Shown: positions 1-9,195 of the stretch, piece by piece
Position numbering within the stretch: the stretch's first letter is position 1
Layout of the letters: the number at the start of each line of letters is the position of its first letter
The notes under the pieces: model-generated
Database searches by the model: none
What the model saw: only the letters and a program-made list of their open reading frames with translations
What the model was told of the DNA's origin: nothing
Position numbers and translations under genes: made by a program
Source: Hyphomonadaceae bacterium
GTDB lineage: Bacteria; Pseudomonadota; Alphaproteobacteria; Caulobacterales; Aquidulcibacteraceae
Length of the DNA stretch: 64,000 nucleotides
NCBI GenBank assembly: GCA_050250735.1
Contig: JBFWOC010000002.1
Location: 56,614-120,613 of the forward strand
Reading direction: 5' to 3'

Positions 1-364
1 CGGCCAGCAAGCGGCGAGAATTGTGCATGGTGTGGGTCACGCGCGCCACTTCCCGGCTCAGATCAGCCAGCAAGGCCATATTGCGTTCGACGGCTTTTTC
101 GTGGGGCAACAGCGGCAGCCTGCGCCGGCCTTCGCGGCTGATCACTTCCAGGAACGGCAGCTCGAACAGCATCTGGCCGGCTTCGTCGACGACGTCGAAG
201 CGATGCCGGCGCGGATTGACGCCGGCGCGAACCATCTCGATCCAGCCGTCCTGCGCCGCCCGGAACGCCTGAATGTAAGCTTCCTCGGCGTTGGCCAGAT
301 CCAGGCCGATCTCGTCCGGCTGATAGCGATCGCCGGACCAGAGGTGAAAGTAGTACTGGCCCAT
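1..364 (-). CDS. DUF6894-like small protein (partial; C-terminal end lies beyond the left window edge)
   Basis: Hand translation of the minus strand from ATG (364-362): MGQYYFHLWSGDRYQPDEIGLDLANAEEAYIQAFRAAQDGWIEMVRAGVNPRRHRFDVVDEAGQMLFELPF... It is open down to nt 2. It is absent from the ORF track because no stop lies inside the window. The N-terminal YYFHL..D.EG..L....A pattern matches my memory of DUF6894 proteins. Confidence 0.6.
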   Translation of the reverse strand, partial: MGQYYFHLWSGDRYQPDEIGLDLANAEEAYIQAFRAAQDGWIEMVRAGVNPRRHRFDVVDEAGQMLFELPFLEVISREGRRRLPLLPHEKAVERNMALLADLSREVARVTHTMHNSRRLLA

Positions 365-494
365 CGCTCATTCCCACTGTTGGCCAAGTAACACAAAACC
401 CCCAATACAAGTTCGCCGCAAGCGGCGCCGCTGCAGGAAGTTCCAGGCGAACCGGGTTGATCGACCATTGACGGGAGTTCAGATTGAGCGCGCC

Positions 495-857
495 ATGACC
501 GTGCCGACCAATGCGCAGCGTGTCCTCATCGTCGAGGACAGTTGGCTGTTGTCCGTGCAGGTAGAGACTTGGCTTGACGAAGACGGCGTCGCCTGCGCGG
601 GCGTGGCCGCCAATGTGCGCGACGCGTTGGACCTCGCCGATTCCGCGCAGCCGGGCTTTGCGCTGGTGGACTTCAATCTCGGCGGCCAGCCCGCCGACGC
701 GCTGATCGCCGATCTGACCGGCCGCGGGATCAAGGTGATCGTAGTCACCGGTTATTCCGATATCGGCGACGTGCCCGGCGTTTGCTGCGTGCTGCACAAG
801 CCCTGCACCAAGCATCAGATCCTGTCTGCACTCTACGCCGCCGGGCTCACGCCTTAG
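495..857 (+). CDS. single-domain response regulator (CheY-like receiver)
   Basis: Track ORF 468..857. RVLIVEDSWLL, ALVDFNLGG, VVVTGY and LHKPC fit the receiver acidic pocket, phospho-Asp and conserved Lys. ATG at 495 is preferred over TTG at 468. The 3' end overlaps the convergent kinase gene by 11 nt. Confidence 0.85.
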   Translation: MTVPTNAQRVLIVEDSWLLSVQVETWLDEDGVACAGVAANVRDALDLADSAQPGFALVDFNLGGQPADALIADLTGRGIKVIVVTGYSDIGDVPGVCCVLHKPCTKHQILSALYAAGLTP

Positions 858-3800
858 CCTCGCCGCCATTGGCCGGCATCGCCCGCGCCTTTACCGCCGC
901 CATCGGCGCGACGATCTCACACTCGACGCCGGTTTCCTTGAAGCGGAGATCGACCTTGGCCTGCAGTTCGTGCGTCAAGGATCCGCGGATGACGCTGGTC
1001 CCATATCCGGTTTTCTCCGGCGGCTTGACCGGCGGCCCGCCCGACTCGCGCCAGTTCAGCACCAGCATTTCATTGTCGCCGTCCCTGCGCGTCGCGATTT
1101 CGATCTCCACCCTGCCTTTGGCCGCCGATAATGCGCCGTATTTGGCCGCGTTGGTGGTCAATTCATGCACCACCATGGTGATCGCTTGCGCCGCATCCGG
1201 ATTGAGCATCACCGCCGGTCCGTGCACCGAAATGTTTCCACGGGTGCGATACGGTTCGAGTTCGATCGAGCACAATTCGTCCAGCCGGGCCCCGGACCAC
1301 AAAGTTTGACTGAGCAGCGAATGGGTTTTCGCCATCGAGCGAATGCGCTGCACCAGGGTCTGGATCGCCTCCTCGGAATCGTCGGTGGCGGCTTGCGAAA
1401 TCTGCGTCAACGCCAGCACCCGCGCCAGCACGTTCTTGACCCGGTGATCGAGTTCGGCGGTGAGCAGGCGCAACCGGTGTTCCGACGCCTTGCGCTCGGT
1501 GACATCGACGAACGTGGCCACCACGCCATCGATGCGGTCATCGACAGTGCGATAGGGCCGGATGCGGGTGAGGAACCAGCGGCCCTCGACGCTTTCGACC
1601 TCGCGCTCGACCGGGGTCAGGTTTTTCAGCACTGCGCGTGAATCGCCTTCCAGTTCGGCATAGCGCAAGCGGTGGGTGAAATCGGTGATCGGCCGGCCCT
1701 CGTCGCCCGGAGTGACGTTGAAGAGATCGGCGATCGAGGGGGTGAAGCGCTTGATGCGCAGGCCGGTGTCGAGAAACAGCGTGCCGACTTCGGTCGCCGC
1801 CATCAGGTTCTGCAAGTCGCTGTGGGCGCGCGAGACGCCTTCGAGCTTCATCTTCAGTTCGCTGTTCAGCGTCTGCAGCTCCTCGTTCATCGACTGCAGC
1901 TCTTCCTTGCTGGTTTCCAGCTCCTCCGCGGTCGAACGGTATTCCTCGTTGATCGACTGCAATTCTTCGTTGGCCGCCCGCAGCTCCTCGTTGGCGGCTT
2001 CGTACTCTTCCGGGCTCGCCCGCAGCCGGTCGCGGGTCAGCTGCAGCTCCTCCTGCATTTGCGCCAGCAGGGCGCTGTTCTGTTCGCCGGCGAGGTCCTG
2101 GTTCACGATGGCGTCGGCCAAGCCGCCCTCGAAGAACAGCACCAGCGCGCGCGGCCGGTTATCGGTGCTGGGCGGCGCCGGGCGCACTTGCACGAACACG
2201 CGATGCGCCGCGCCGTTGAACTGCACGGGGATCGGCAGGCTGAGGCTGACTTCGCTGCGTTCGAGCGCGCGGTGCAGGCCGGAACGGATGTCGAGCCGCA
2301 ATTCGGGCCGCGCCAGCTGCGTCACCGCGGTCGAGAGCGGTCCGGCCGAAGGGGCGAGAAACCGGCCCGCCGTCTCGGACAAATGCAGGATGCGATGCTC
2401 TTCGTCGACCAGGATGCTCGGCGGGGCCGCGGCCTCGAGCGCTTCGCGGTGCGTCGCTGCCGGTACTTGCGGGCCGGCTATCGGCGGGCCTGCGCGCAAC
2501 GCGGTCACGTCCACGATCGGCGCCAGGCTCATCCGCGGCAGCATCGGCACATTGCGCTCGCCCTGAGGCGCGGCCTGGTAGATGCGGTGCTCGCGGTCGA
2601 TGGCGCGGAACAGCCCCTGGGCGCTGTCGGCGGTCTCGGCCGAGCCGAGGAAGAGATAGCAATCGCTCTTCAGCGCGTAGCGCAGCGTGCTCAGCAGCTG
2701 GTTCTGCAACTCGCGCTCGAGATAGATCAGCAGATTGCGGCACGAAACCAGGTCGAGCCGCGAGAACGGCGGATCCTTCAGCATCGAATGCATGGCGAAG
2801 ACGACGATGTCGCGGATTTCCTTGCGCACGCGGTAGTGATCGCCCTCGCGCGAGAAGAAGCGCCTGAGCCGCTCCTCCGAGACGTCGGCCTCGATCGCGG
2901 TGGGGTAGCGGCCCTCGCGCGCCGCAGCGAGCGCGCCGTTGTCGAGGTCGGTGGCGAAAATCTGGATTTCCGGCCGGAATTCGCGCCGCGCCGCCTCCTC
3001 CAGCAAAAGGATCGCGATCGAATAGGCCTCTTCGCCGGTGGCGCATCCCGTCACCCAGATGCGGATCGGCTCGCCATCGCGGGTTTCGTCGAAGAATTGC
3101 GGGATCACCCGCTCGGCCAGCGACTCGAAGGCTGCGCTGTCGCGGAAGAATGTCGTCACCGAAATCAGCAGATCGGAGAACAGCGCGGGAATCTCTTCGG
3201 CATTCTCGCGCAGGAACGCGGCATAATCCTCCATCCGATCCAGCCGGTTGAGCTGCATACGGCGGCTGATGCGGCGCATGATGGTCGGGCGTTTGTACTG
3301 AGAAAAATCGTGACCTGTGCGCGCCCGCAGAAAGGTCAGAATGCGCCGCAGCGAACTGTCTTCGTCGTCGCCGAATTGCTGCGCCTGAATGCGGTTCTTG
3401 TGGCCGACCAACTCGGCGAGTTTGGCAGGAAGCTCCGCCAGCGGGGCCACGACATCGGCGACCCCGGTCGCAATCGCGCTGCGCGGCATCGAACCATACT
3501 CGGCATCCTTGGGATCTTGCACCAGGATGACGCCGCCCGCTTCCTTGATCGCCTTGATGCCGACGACCCCGTCGGCGCCCGCGCCGGTGAGCACGATGGC
3601 GAAGCCGTCGCCGTGCTGTTCGGCGAGCGAGCGGAAGAACAGGTCGATCGGGGCGCGCTGTCCGCGCGGTTCCTCGAATGGCAGCGAAGAAATGTCGCCG
3701 TCGCTGATGACCAGCCTGCGATCCGGCGGGATGACATAGACGCAGTTCGGTTTGAGCGGCGTCTTGGCGTTGACCTGATACACCGCCATCGAGGTGCGGC

Positions 3801-4023
3801 GCTGCAGAATGGGCACCAGCTCGCTGCGATACGTCGGCTCGAGGTGGGCCACCACCACGAATGCGACGCCCAGGTTCGTCGGCATATGCTGGAACAAAGT
3901 CTGCAGCGCGCCGACGCCGCCGGCCGAACTGCCGATCGCCACCGTGGACACGAGCGGTGCGCCCGAACCGGGCGGCTTGGCGCCGGTTTTGGTCTTGTGT
4001 TTCTTGCCGTTGTTCTTCGCCAT
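847..4023 (-). CDS. CheB methylesterase / CheR methyltransferase / PAS / HWE-type histidine kinase fusion protein
   Basis: 1058-aa ORF. AIGSSAGGVGALQTLF..VVVAHL is CheB-like. FFRD..WVTGCATGEEAYSIAILL..ATDLD..NLLIYL is a CheR SAM-methyltransferase. EELRAANEELQSINEEYRSTAEELETSKEELQSMNEELQTLNSEL is a coiled coil. The C-terminal ELDHRVKNVLARVLAL..HELTTNAAKYGAL is an HWE kinase core. Confidence 0.9.
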   Translation of the reverse strand: MAKNNGKKHKTKTGAKPPGSGAPLVSTVAIGSSAGGVGALQTLFQHMPTNLGVAFVVVAHLEPTYRSELVPILQRRTSMAVYQVNAKTPLKPNCVYVIPPDRRLVISDGDISSLPFEEPRGQRAPIDLFFRSLAEQHGDGFAIVLTGAGADGVVGIKAIKEAGGVILVQDPKDAEYGSMPRSAIATGVADVVAPLAELPAKLAELVGHKNRIQAQQFGDDEDSSLRRILTFLRARTGHDFSQYKRPTIMRRISRRMQLNRLDRMEDYAAFLRENAEEIPALFSDLLISVTTFFRDSAAFESLAERVIPQFFDETRDGEPIRIWVTGCATGEEAYSIAILLLEEAARREFRPEIQIFATDLDNGALAAAREGRYPTAIEADVSEERLRRFFSREGDHYRVRKEIRDIVVFAMHSMLKDPPFSRLDLVSCRNLLIYLERELQNQLLSTLRYALKSDCYLFLGSAETADSAQGLFRAIDREHRIYQAAPQGERNVPMLPRMSLAPIVDVTALRAGPPIAGPQVPAATHREALEAAAPPSILVDEEHRILHLSETAGRFLAPSAGPLSTAVTQLARPELRLDIRSGLHRALERSEVSLSLPIPVQFNGAAHRVFVQVRPAPPSTDNRPRALVLFFEGGLADAIVNQDLAGEQNSALLAQMQEELQLTRDRLRASPEEYEAANEELRAANEELQSINEEYRSTAEELETSKEELQSMNEELQTLNSELKMKLEGVSRAHSDLQNLMAATEVGTLFLDTGLRIKRFTPSIADLFNVTPGDEGRPITDFTHRLRYAELEGDSRAVLKNLTPVEREVESVEGRWFLTRIRPYRTVDDRIDGVVATFVDVTERKASEHRLRLLTAELDHRVKNVLARVLALTQISQAATDDSEEAIQTLVQRIRSMAKTHSLLSQTLWSGARLDELCSIELEPYRTRGNISVHGPAVMLNPDAAQAITMVVHELTTNAAKYGALSAAKGRVEIEIATRRDGDNEMLVLNWRESGGPPVKPPEKTGYGTSVIRGSLTHELQAKVDLRFKETGVECEIVAPMAAVKARAMPANGGEAKA

Positions 4024-4103
4024 CTCGCGCCCGACGCCGGTAAGGTGGAAACAAGCTCGCGCCCAGGGGCGTTGGCCCTGACTAGCACAGGCGTAACCCG
4101 GTC

Positions 4104-5141
4104 ATGGCAAGAATCGAGCTATTCGCGATCGGGGCTTCGGCTGGCGGGCTAGAGGCCTTGGAGCGGATAGTCGCAAACCTGCCGGCGGACTTTCCCGCCG
4201 CGATCTGCGTGGTGGTGCACGTCGCCGCCAACAGTCCTGGACTCATACCCGAAATCATCAGTTCGCACGGTCCGTTGCAGGCGACGCACGCCGAGGACGG
4301 GATGTTGCTCACCGGCGGAGGCATTTTCGTAGCTCCGCCCGATCATCACCTGCTGATCGATCAGGGAGGAAAGTTGCGGCTCGGGCGAGGACCGAAGGAA
4401 AATCGCTTCCGCCCCGCCATCGACCCATTATTCCGCTCGGCGGCGCGGGCGTTCGAACAACGCGCCGCCGGCATCATCCTGTCGGGTGGATTGGATGACG
4501 GCGTCGCCGGCCTCATCGCCATCCAGCGCTGCGGCGGGGCGGTGATCGTGCAGGATCCGGCAGACGCCGCGGCGCCCTCAATGCCGCTGGCGGCGCTGCG
4601 CGCGCTCGACCCTGACAAGCAACTGCCTGCCGACGGCATTGCGCACGCGATGACGGAATTGGCCACCGTCTCGACGCGCCGCGTCGCCAGACAGAAGCCG
4701 ATCAAGGAAGATCTCGATCGCGAAATCAGCATCGCCGCGGGCGCGGACAGCCACCCGATCGACGTTCTGCAAGTGGGCGAGCCGAGCTTGCTGACTTGTC
4801 CCGATTGTCACGGCGTGCTGGTGCGCCTGCGCGATTCCGAGCCGGCGCGGTACCGGTGCCATACCGGCCACGCCTACACGGTGGAGAGCCTGCTTTCGGC
4901 CATGCGCGACCGGGTCGAGAACACGCTCTGGGATTCGATCAGATGCCTGGAGGAATATGCGGCGCTGCTCGAACACGCCGCCACGCACAAGGAGGCGCGC
5001 CAAGCCGAGGACGATATGCAGATCGTCCGCGAGGTCAGGCGCCGCTCCGGCATCGTGCGGGATTTGGTCAAAGCGGAAGACCAAGAGCCCGCAGCAAGCC
5101 CGGCAACCCCAGCCCACCCCGCCCGCGCCCGCCGAAGCTGA
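4104..5141 (+). CDS. stand-alone CheB-type protein-glutamate methylesterase domain protein (no receiver domain)
   Basis: 345-aa ORF. IGASAGGLEALERIV, VVVHV and GIILSGGLDDG are CheB catalytic-domain motifs. The C-terminal CPDCHGVL..YRCHTGHAYT is zinc-ribbon-like. It is divergent from the CheB/CheR kinase gene. Confidence 0.8.
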   Translation: MARIELFAIGASAGGLEALERIVANLPADFPAAICVVVHVAANSPGLIPEIISSHGPLQATHAEDGMLLTGGGIFVAPPDHHLLIDQGGKLRLGRGPKENRFRPAIDPLFRSAARAFEQRAAGIILSGGLDDGVAGLIAIQRCGGAVIVQDPADAAAPSMPLAALRALDPDKQLPADGIAHAMTELATVSTRRVARQKPIKEDLDREISIAAGADSHPIDVLQVGEPSLLTCPDCHGVLVRLRDSEPARYRCHTGHAYTVESLLSAMRDRVENTLWDSIRCLEEYAALLEHAATHKEARQAEDDMQIVREVRRRSGIVRDLVKAEDQEPAASPATPAHPARARRS

Positions 5142-5276
5142 GGCCATTCCGCAGCGTCGCTGGCGCCATAACGCGCCCCTGGAGCAGCCCCCAGCACTCT
5201 CCATGGACCATTACCGGCGCCGGCACGCTTCCATCCCCGCCGCCAATTGCTATCTTAACCTTGAACGGAGAAGCCT

Positions 5277-5444
5277 ATGTTCTGGGTCTGGATCGCGGTC
5301 GTGGTTGTGGCCATTATCGGGCTCTCGGTATTTGTCGGCAAATCTCTGAGCAGGCCGAGAGGAGAGCCGCTGTCCCAGCATGAGCGCATCACAGCGCTGA
5401 AGGCTTCGGGCGCGCTCAAGCACCGCAAGTCGAATCGCGACTGA
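5277..5444 (+). CDS. small single-pass membrane protein (55 aa), not in ORF track
   Basis: Hand-found ORF: MFWVWIAVVVVAIIGLSVFVGKSLSRPRGEPLSQHERITALKASGALKHRKSNRD. GGAG lies 7 nt upstream of the ATG. Its TGA shares one base with the ATG of the next gene (TGATG). Confidence 0.5.
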   Translation: MFWVWIAVVVVAIIGLSVFVGKSLSRPRGEPLSQHERITALKASGALKHRKSNRD

Positions 5445-5941
5445 TGGCGGAAGCTGCGCGCGCGCCGCTGCCAGAGGGCAAAGTCGAGCGCTACGCCGCG
5501 TTGCGTGCAGAGATTGCCGCTGTCATCGCTGGCGAGCCTAACCGGATTGCGCGTTACGCCAGCGCAGCCTCGCTGCTCGCGCAGGCTTTTCCCGAGCGCT
5601 TTTTCTGGACCGGCTTCTACTTGGCCGATGAGGCCAAGCCCGGTGAACTCGTGGTCGGGCCGTATCAAGGCACGCTCGGGTGCCTGCGCATACCGTTCGG
5701 AAAGGGCGTATGCGGTGCGGTCGCGGAGAGCCGGCAAACCCTGATCGTGCCGGACGTCCACGCCTTCCCGGGCCATATCGCCTGCGACAGCCGTTCCAAT
5801 TCGGAAATCGTCGTTCCGGTATTCGATACGGGCGGCGCGCTCGCCGCTGTGCTCGACATCGACTCCACCCAGTTCGACGCCTTCGACGCCGCCGATCGAG
5901 CCGGGCTCGAGGCGATTTGCGGCGATTTGCTCGCGGGCTGA
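5444..5941 (+). CDS. GAF domain protein, free methionine-(R)-sulfoxide reductase-like
   Basis: 165 aa. FFWTGFYL..LVVGPYQGTLGCLRIPFGKGVCGAVAE..TLIVPDVHAFPGHIACDSRSNSEIVVPV matches the YebR/fRMsr-type GAF family, including the conserved Cys residues. Confidence 0.8.
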   Translation: MAEAARAPLPEGKVERYAALRAEIAAVIAGEPNRIARYASAASLLAQAFPERFFWTGFYLADEAKPGELVVGPYQGTLGCLRIPFGKGVCGAVAESRQTLIVPDVHAFPGHIACDSRSNSEIVVPVFDTGGALAAVLDIDSTQFDAFDAADRAGLEAICGDLLAG

Positions 5942-6007
5942 GGCCGGCGGCGCCCTTGTTCGCAAGCGCCAGCGCGATAGAAAGCCCCAACCAGAGCGGG
6001 GCATGAC

Positions 6008-6961
6008 GTGAGCACCACCAATACCGGCATCGTACTAGGCCAGATCGCGCAGCACGCGACCGAAGTCGCAGCTATCGCCAGCGCGCGTCTGCGCGGCTTC
6101 GGGCGCAAGAATGACGCCGATCAGGCCGCCGTCGATGCGATGCGGCGTTCGTTCCAGACCGCGCCCTTCTCGGGCAAGGTCGTAATCGGCGAAGGCGAGA
6201 TCGACGAAGCGCCGATGCTCTATATCGGCGAAGAATTAGGCGCGGGCGGCATCAGGACCGACATCGCCGTCGATCCGCTCGAAGGCACCAAATTGTGCGC
6301 CTCCGATGCGCCAAATGCGATGACCGTCGTCGCGCTCGCGCCGGCGGGCGGCTTGTTGCACGCCCCGGATATGTACATGAGCAAGTTGGCGATCGGGCCG
6401 GGCTATCCGGCAGGACTGATCGATCTCGACGTGTCGCCGGCGGAAAACGTCAACCGGCTGGCGAAGGCCAAAGGCGTGCCGGTGAGCGCCATCCGCGCCT
6501 GTCTGCTCGATCGCGACCGTCACCAGCACATCATCGAAGAATTGCGCAGCGCCGGCGCCGGGATCCGGCTCATCCCCGACGGAGACGTCGCCGGCGTGTT
6601 CTGGACCACCGAAGCCGCGCGCTCCGGCGTCGATATCTATTTCGGCTCGGGCGGGGCGCCCGAAGGCGTGCTCGCGGCGGCCGCGATCCGCTGCGCCGGG
6701 GGCCAGATGCAGGCGCGCTTGAAACCGGAGAATGAGCAGGAAGAAGCCCGCGCGCGCGCCATGGGCCGCGATGTCGGCGCCAAACTGACGCTCGACGACA
6801 TGGTCCCCGGCCACGTCGTCTTCGCCGCCTCCGGCGTGACCCACGGCTCGATGTTCGATGGCGTTCACTTCGAGCACGGCGCCGCACATGTCGATACGCT
6901 GGTCTGGGACAGTTTCAGCGGCCGCCGCAGCCGCGTGCGTTCGATCTATCCCGCGGCTTAG
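6008..6961 (+). CDS. glpX: fructose-1,6-bisphosphatase class II
   Basis: 317 aa, GTG start. DADQAAVDAMR..KVVIGEGEIDEAPMLYIGEELG..DIAVDPLEGT..VTHGSM is typical GlpX. Confidence 0.9.
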   Translation: MSTTNTGIVLGQIAQHATEVAAIASARLRGFGRKNDADQAAVDAMRRSFQTAPFSGKVVIGEGEIDEAPMLYIGEELGAGGIRTDIAVDPLEGTKLCASDAPNAMTVVALAPAGGLLHAPDMYMSKLAIGPGYPAGLIDLDVSPAENVNRLAKAKGVPVSAIRACLLDRDRHQHIIEELRSAGAGIRLIPDGDVAGVFWTTEAARSGVDIYFGSGGAPEGVLAAAAIRCAGGQMQARLKPENEQEEARARAMGRDVGAKLTLDDMVPGHVVFAASGVTHGSMFDGVHFEHGAAHVDTLVWDSFSGRRSRVRSIYPAA

Positions 6962-9126
6962 GGGTTCGGCGCCGGCGGACCGCTCTGTTCGGCATTGAGC
7001 GCGCGCGTCCTCTCCGCATCGTCCGGCGCAAGGCTCTGCGAGGTTTCGCGCACCGCAGGCGCACGCCGCCGCGCAAACGCACTCAAGCCCGGCACATTGA
7101 CGGCCCCGTCATAGACGTCGATTTCCGCCCCTTCGAACGAGGCGCCCACCGGCTCGACCCGGCCGCTCAGGCAATCGCCGAGGAAGTGTTCGAGTACGGC
7201 AAGGTAGGAAAGCCGGTTCTGCGGCCGCACCAGTTCGCGCCCCTCTTGCGGAAACACCAGATAGGTCAGCGCGCCGTAGCCGCGTACGGCGTTTGCCAAT
7301 TGATCGCTTTCATTCTTGGTCACGCGCGGATCGCGCAGGCCGGACGCAAGCAGCAGCGGGACGCGGATGCGGGTGGCGTGAAACAAGGGCGAACGTTCGC
7401 GCAATTGCTGACGGCCCGCCTCCGTGCGCGCGTCGGCGACACGGCGATAGAGCACTTCGCGTTGCGCGAGAGGCGACACGTCCAGCATTGCGAACAAATT
7501 GGCCGGCCCGGCAAAACTCGCGCCGCAGCGGAACTTGTCGCTGAAGGCGAGCGCCGAGAGCGCGGCGTAGCCGCCGAAGCCCTCGCCTACGATCGCCACC
7601 CGCTCGGGCTCGGCAATGCGCTGCGCGATCGCCCATTGCACGGCGTCGAGAATGTCGTCCTGCATGCCGCGGCCCCATTGGCCGTTGCCGGCATTGAGGA
7701 AGGCGTTGCCGAATCCGGAAGAGCCGCGAAAATTGACGCTCAACACCGCATAGCCGCGATTGGCGAGCCATTGGTGGGCGGCGTTGAAGCCGTAGGAATC
7801 GCGCGACCACGGTCCGTCGTGCGGCAGCAATACAAGCGGCAGCATGTGTTCGGGGCGCGCATCGCCGTCTGCGTCCGCTCCCCCGGGCAGCGTCAGATAG
7901 GAAACCAGCGTCAGGCCGTCGCGGGCGGTGATCTCCACCGGCGTCATCGGCTGCAGCGCCGCCTGCTGCAGGTCGGGGCGATGCGAAAACAGCGATGTCA
8001 GCCGCCGTCCGCTCGGCCCCGCACGATCGAACAGATAGGAACGCGCCGACAAAGTCGGACCTTGCTCCAGCACGATCCAGCGGGTGTCGTCGGCGCTGCG
8101 CGAGACGACGCTGTAATCGCCGTCGAGCTGGCGTTCGAGGAAATCGATGTCGGCCTGGCTGTCGGCGTCGAGCGCGCGCCAGTCGCGGCGCAGATATTCG
8201 GTCGCAAACGCTTCGGGCGCGCCGGTCGCCGGATCGAGCCAGACATCGACGACATCGGCGCGCTCGCCTTCGCCGACAACCGTGCGTTCGCCGGTCACGG
8301 CGTCGACGCGAACCAAAGCGGTGCGATCGCGCTCGTGTGCGCCGGTTTCACCGAAGCTGGAATCGAGCATCAGAAAGCTGCGTCCATCGGCCTCGAAACC
8401 GATCAGCCGCGCCGACATCGCGTCCTCGAACGGGATCGTGAACAGCCTTGCTTCGCCGCCGCCCAAGCGCACGATCTCGGCGCCGCCGTCGCTGGCAGGG
8501 CGCACGCCAAGGCGTACTTTGTTGTCGCGGTCGAGCAGGAAAGCCGAGTAGCCGCGCGGTCCGCCATTGCGTTGAAGCGTCCGCCGCGCACCGGTAGCGA
8601 GATCGATGCGCACCACATCGGGCCAGGCGCGATCGCGCTCGTTCAGCGTCACGACAACGGCGCCGGGATCGCGTTCGCCGACGCCGAGGATTTCGGCGCG
8701 CGCGCCGGCCGGCGTCAGGGCGCGCACGGCGCCGCCCGCCGTGTCGACCGCGTAGAGACGCCAGTTCTCGTCGCCGCGATCGTCCTGGAGATAGAGCAAG
8801 GTGGCGCTGTCTGCGGCCCAGGCAAACCGGCTAATGCCGCGCGCGCGTTCGTCGGTGACGGGCCGCGGCTCGTCCATGGCGTCGACCGACACGACCCAGA
8901 GGTTCGTCACGCCGTCGCGGGGGGCAAGAAAGGCGATCCTGTCGCCCCGCGGCGAGAGCTGGCCGCTGTGCCGGGCAGGCTCCCCGAACAGCGCCGCCCG
9001 CGCGATCAGGGCGGGCTGGCCCGGCGGGGGCACGCTCACGCGGTCGCGCGCGCCGCAGGAGGCGACGCCGAGCGCCAGCCAGAGCGCAGCCGCCCCGGCC
9101 CAAAATCTGGTCGTCCACGTCCCCAC
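6958..9126 (-). CDS. S9 family serine peptidase (prolyl oligopeptidase / dipeptidyl aminopeptidase-like), probable lipoprotein
   Basis: 722 aa. An N-terminal beta-propeller-like region is followed by a C-terminal alpha/beta hydrolase with GEGFGGY (GxSxG-like nucleophile elbow). The N-terminal LALGVASC resembles a lipobox. GTG start. Confidence 0.8.
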   Translation of the reverse strand: MGTWTTRFWAGAAALWLALGVASCGARDRVSVPPPGQPALIARAALFGEPARHSGQLSPRGDRIAFLAPRDGVTNLWVVSVDAMDEPRPVTDERARGISRFAWAADSATLLYLQDDRGDENWRLYAVDTAGGAVRALTPAGARAEILGVGERDPGAVVVTLNERDRAWPDVVRIDLATGARRTLQRNGGPRGYSAFLLDRDNKVRLGVRPASDGGAEIVRLGGGEARLFTIPFEDAMSARLIGFEADGRSFLMLDSSFGETGAHERDRTALVRVDAVTGERTVVGEGERADVVDVWLDPATGAPEAFATEYLRRDWRALDADSQADIDFLERQLDGDYSVVSRSADDTRWIVLEQGPTLSARSYLFDRAGPSGRRLTSLFSHRPDLQQAALQPMTPVEITARDGLTLVSYLTLPGGADADGDARPEHMLPLVLLPHDGPWSRDSYGFNAAHQWLANRGYAVLSVNFRGSSGFGNAFLNAGNGQWGRGMQDDILDAVQWAIAQRIAEPERVAIVGEGFGGYAALSALAFSDKFRCGASFAGPANLFAMLDVSPLAQREVLYRRVADARTEAGRQQLRERSPLFHATRIRVPLLLASGLRDPRVTKNESDQLANAVRGYGALTYLVFPQEGRELVRPQNRLSYLAVLEHFLGDCLSGRVEPVGASFEGAEIDVYDGAVNVPGLSAFARRRAPAVRETSQSLAPDDAERTRALNAEQSGPPAPNP

Positions 9127-9195
9127 GGCAAAACCTTACAGGTCTGTCATCCACCCGCCAACTGACATGGCTGACAGGGTGTTCACCTTTGCGGC

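Noticed and set aside
1672-4152. Very long ORFs (826 aa on plus; also 2159..4054 and 3336..4088 on minus) overlapping the CheB/CheR kinase gene
   Set aside because: They are Arg/Ala/Gly-rich low-complexity translations typical of out-of-frame or antisense readings in high-GC DNA. The 847..4023 frame carries clear domain motifs.
7186-9165. 659-aa plus-strand ORF opposite the S9 peptidase gene
   Set aside because: It is a shadow ORF with no motifs and a biased Arg/Ala/Gly composition. The minus-strand frame has the peptidase motifs.
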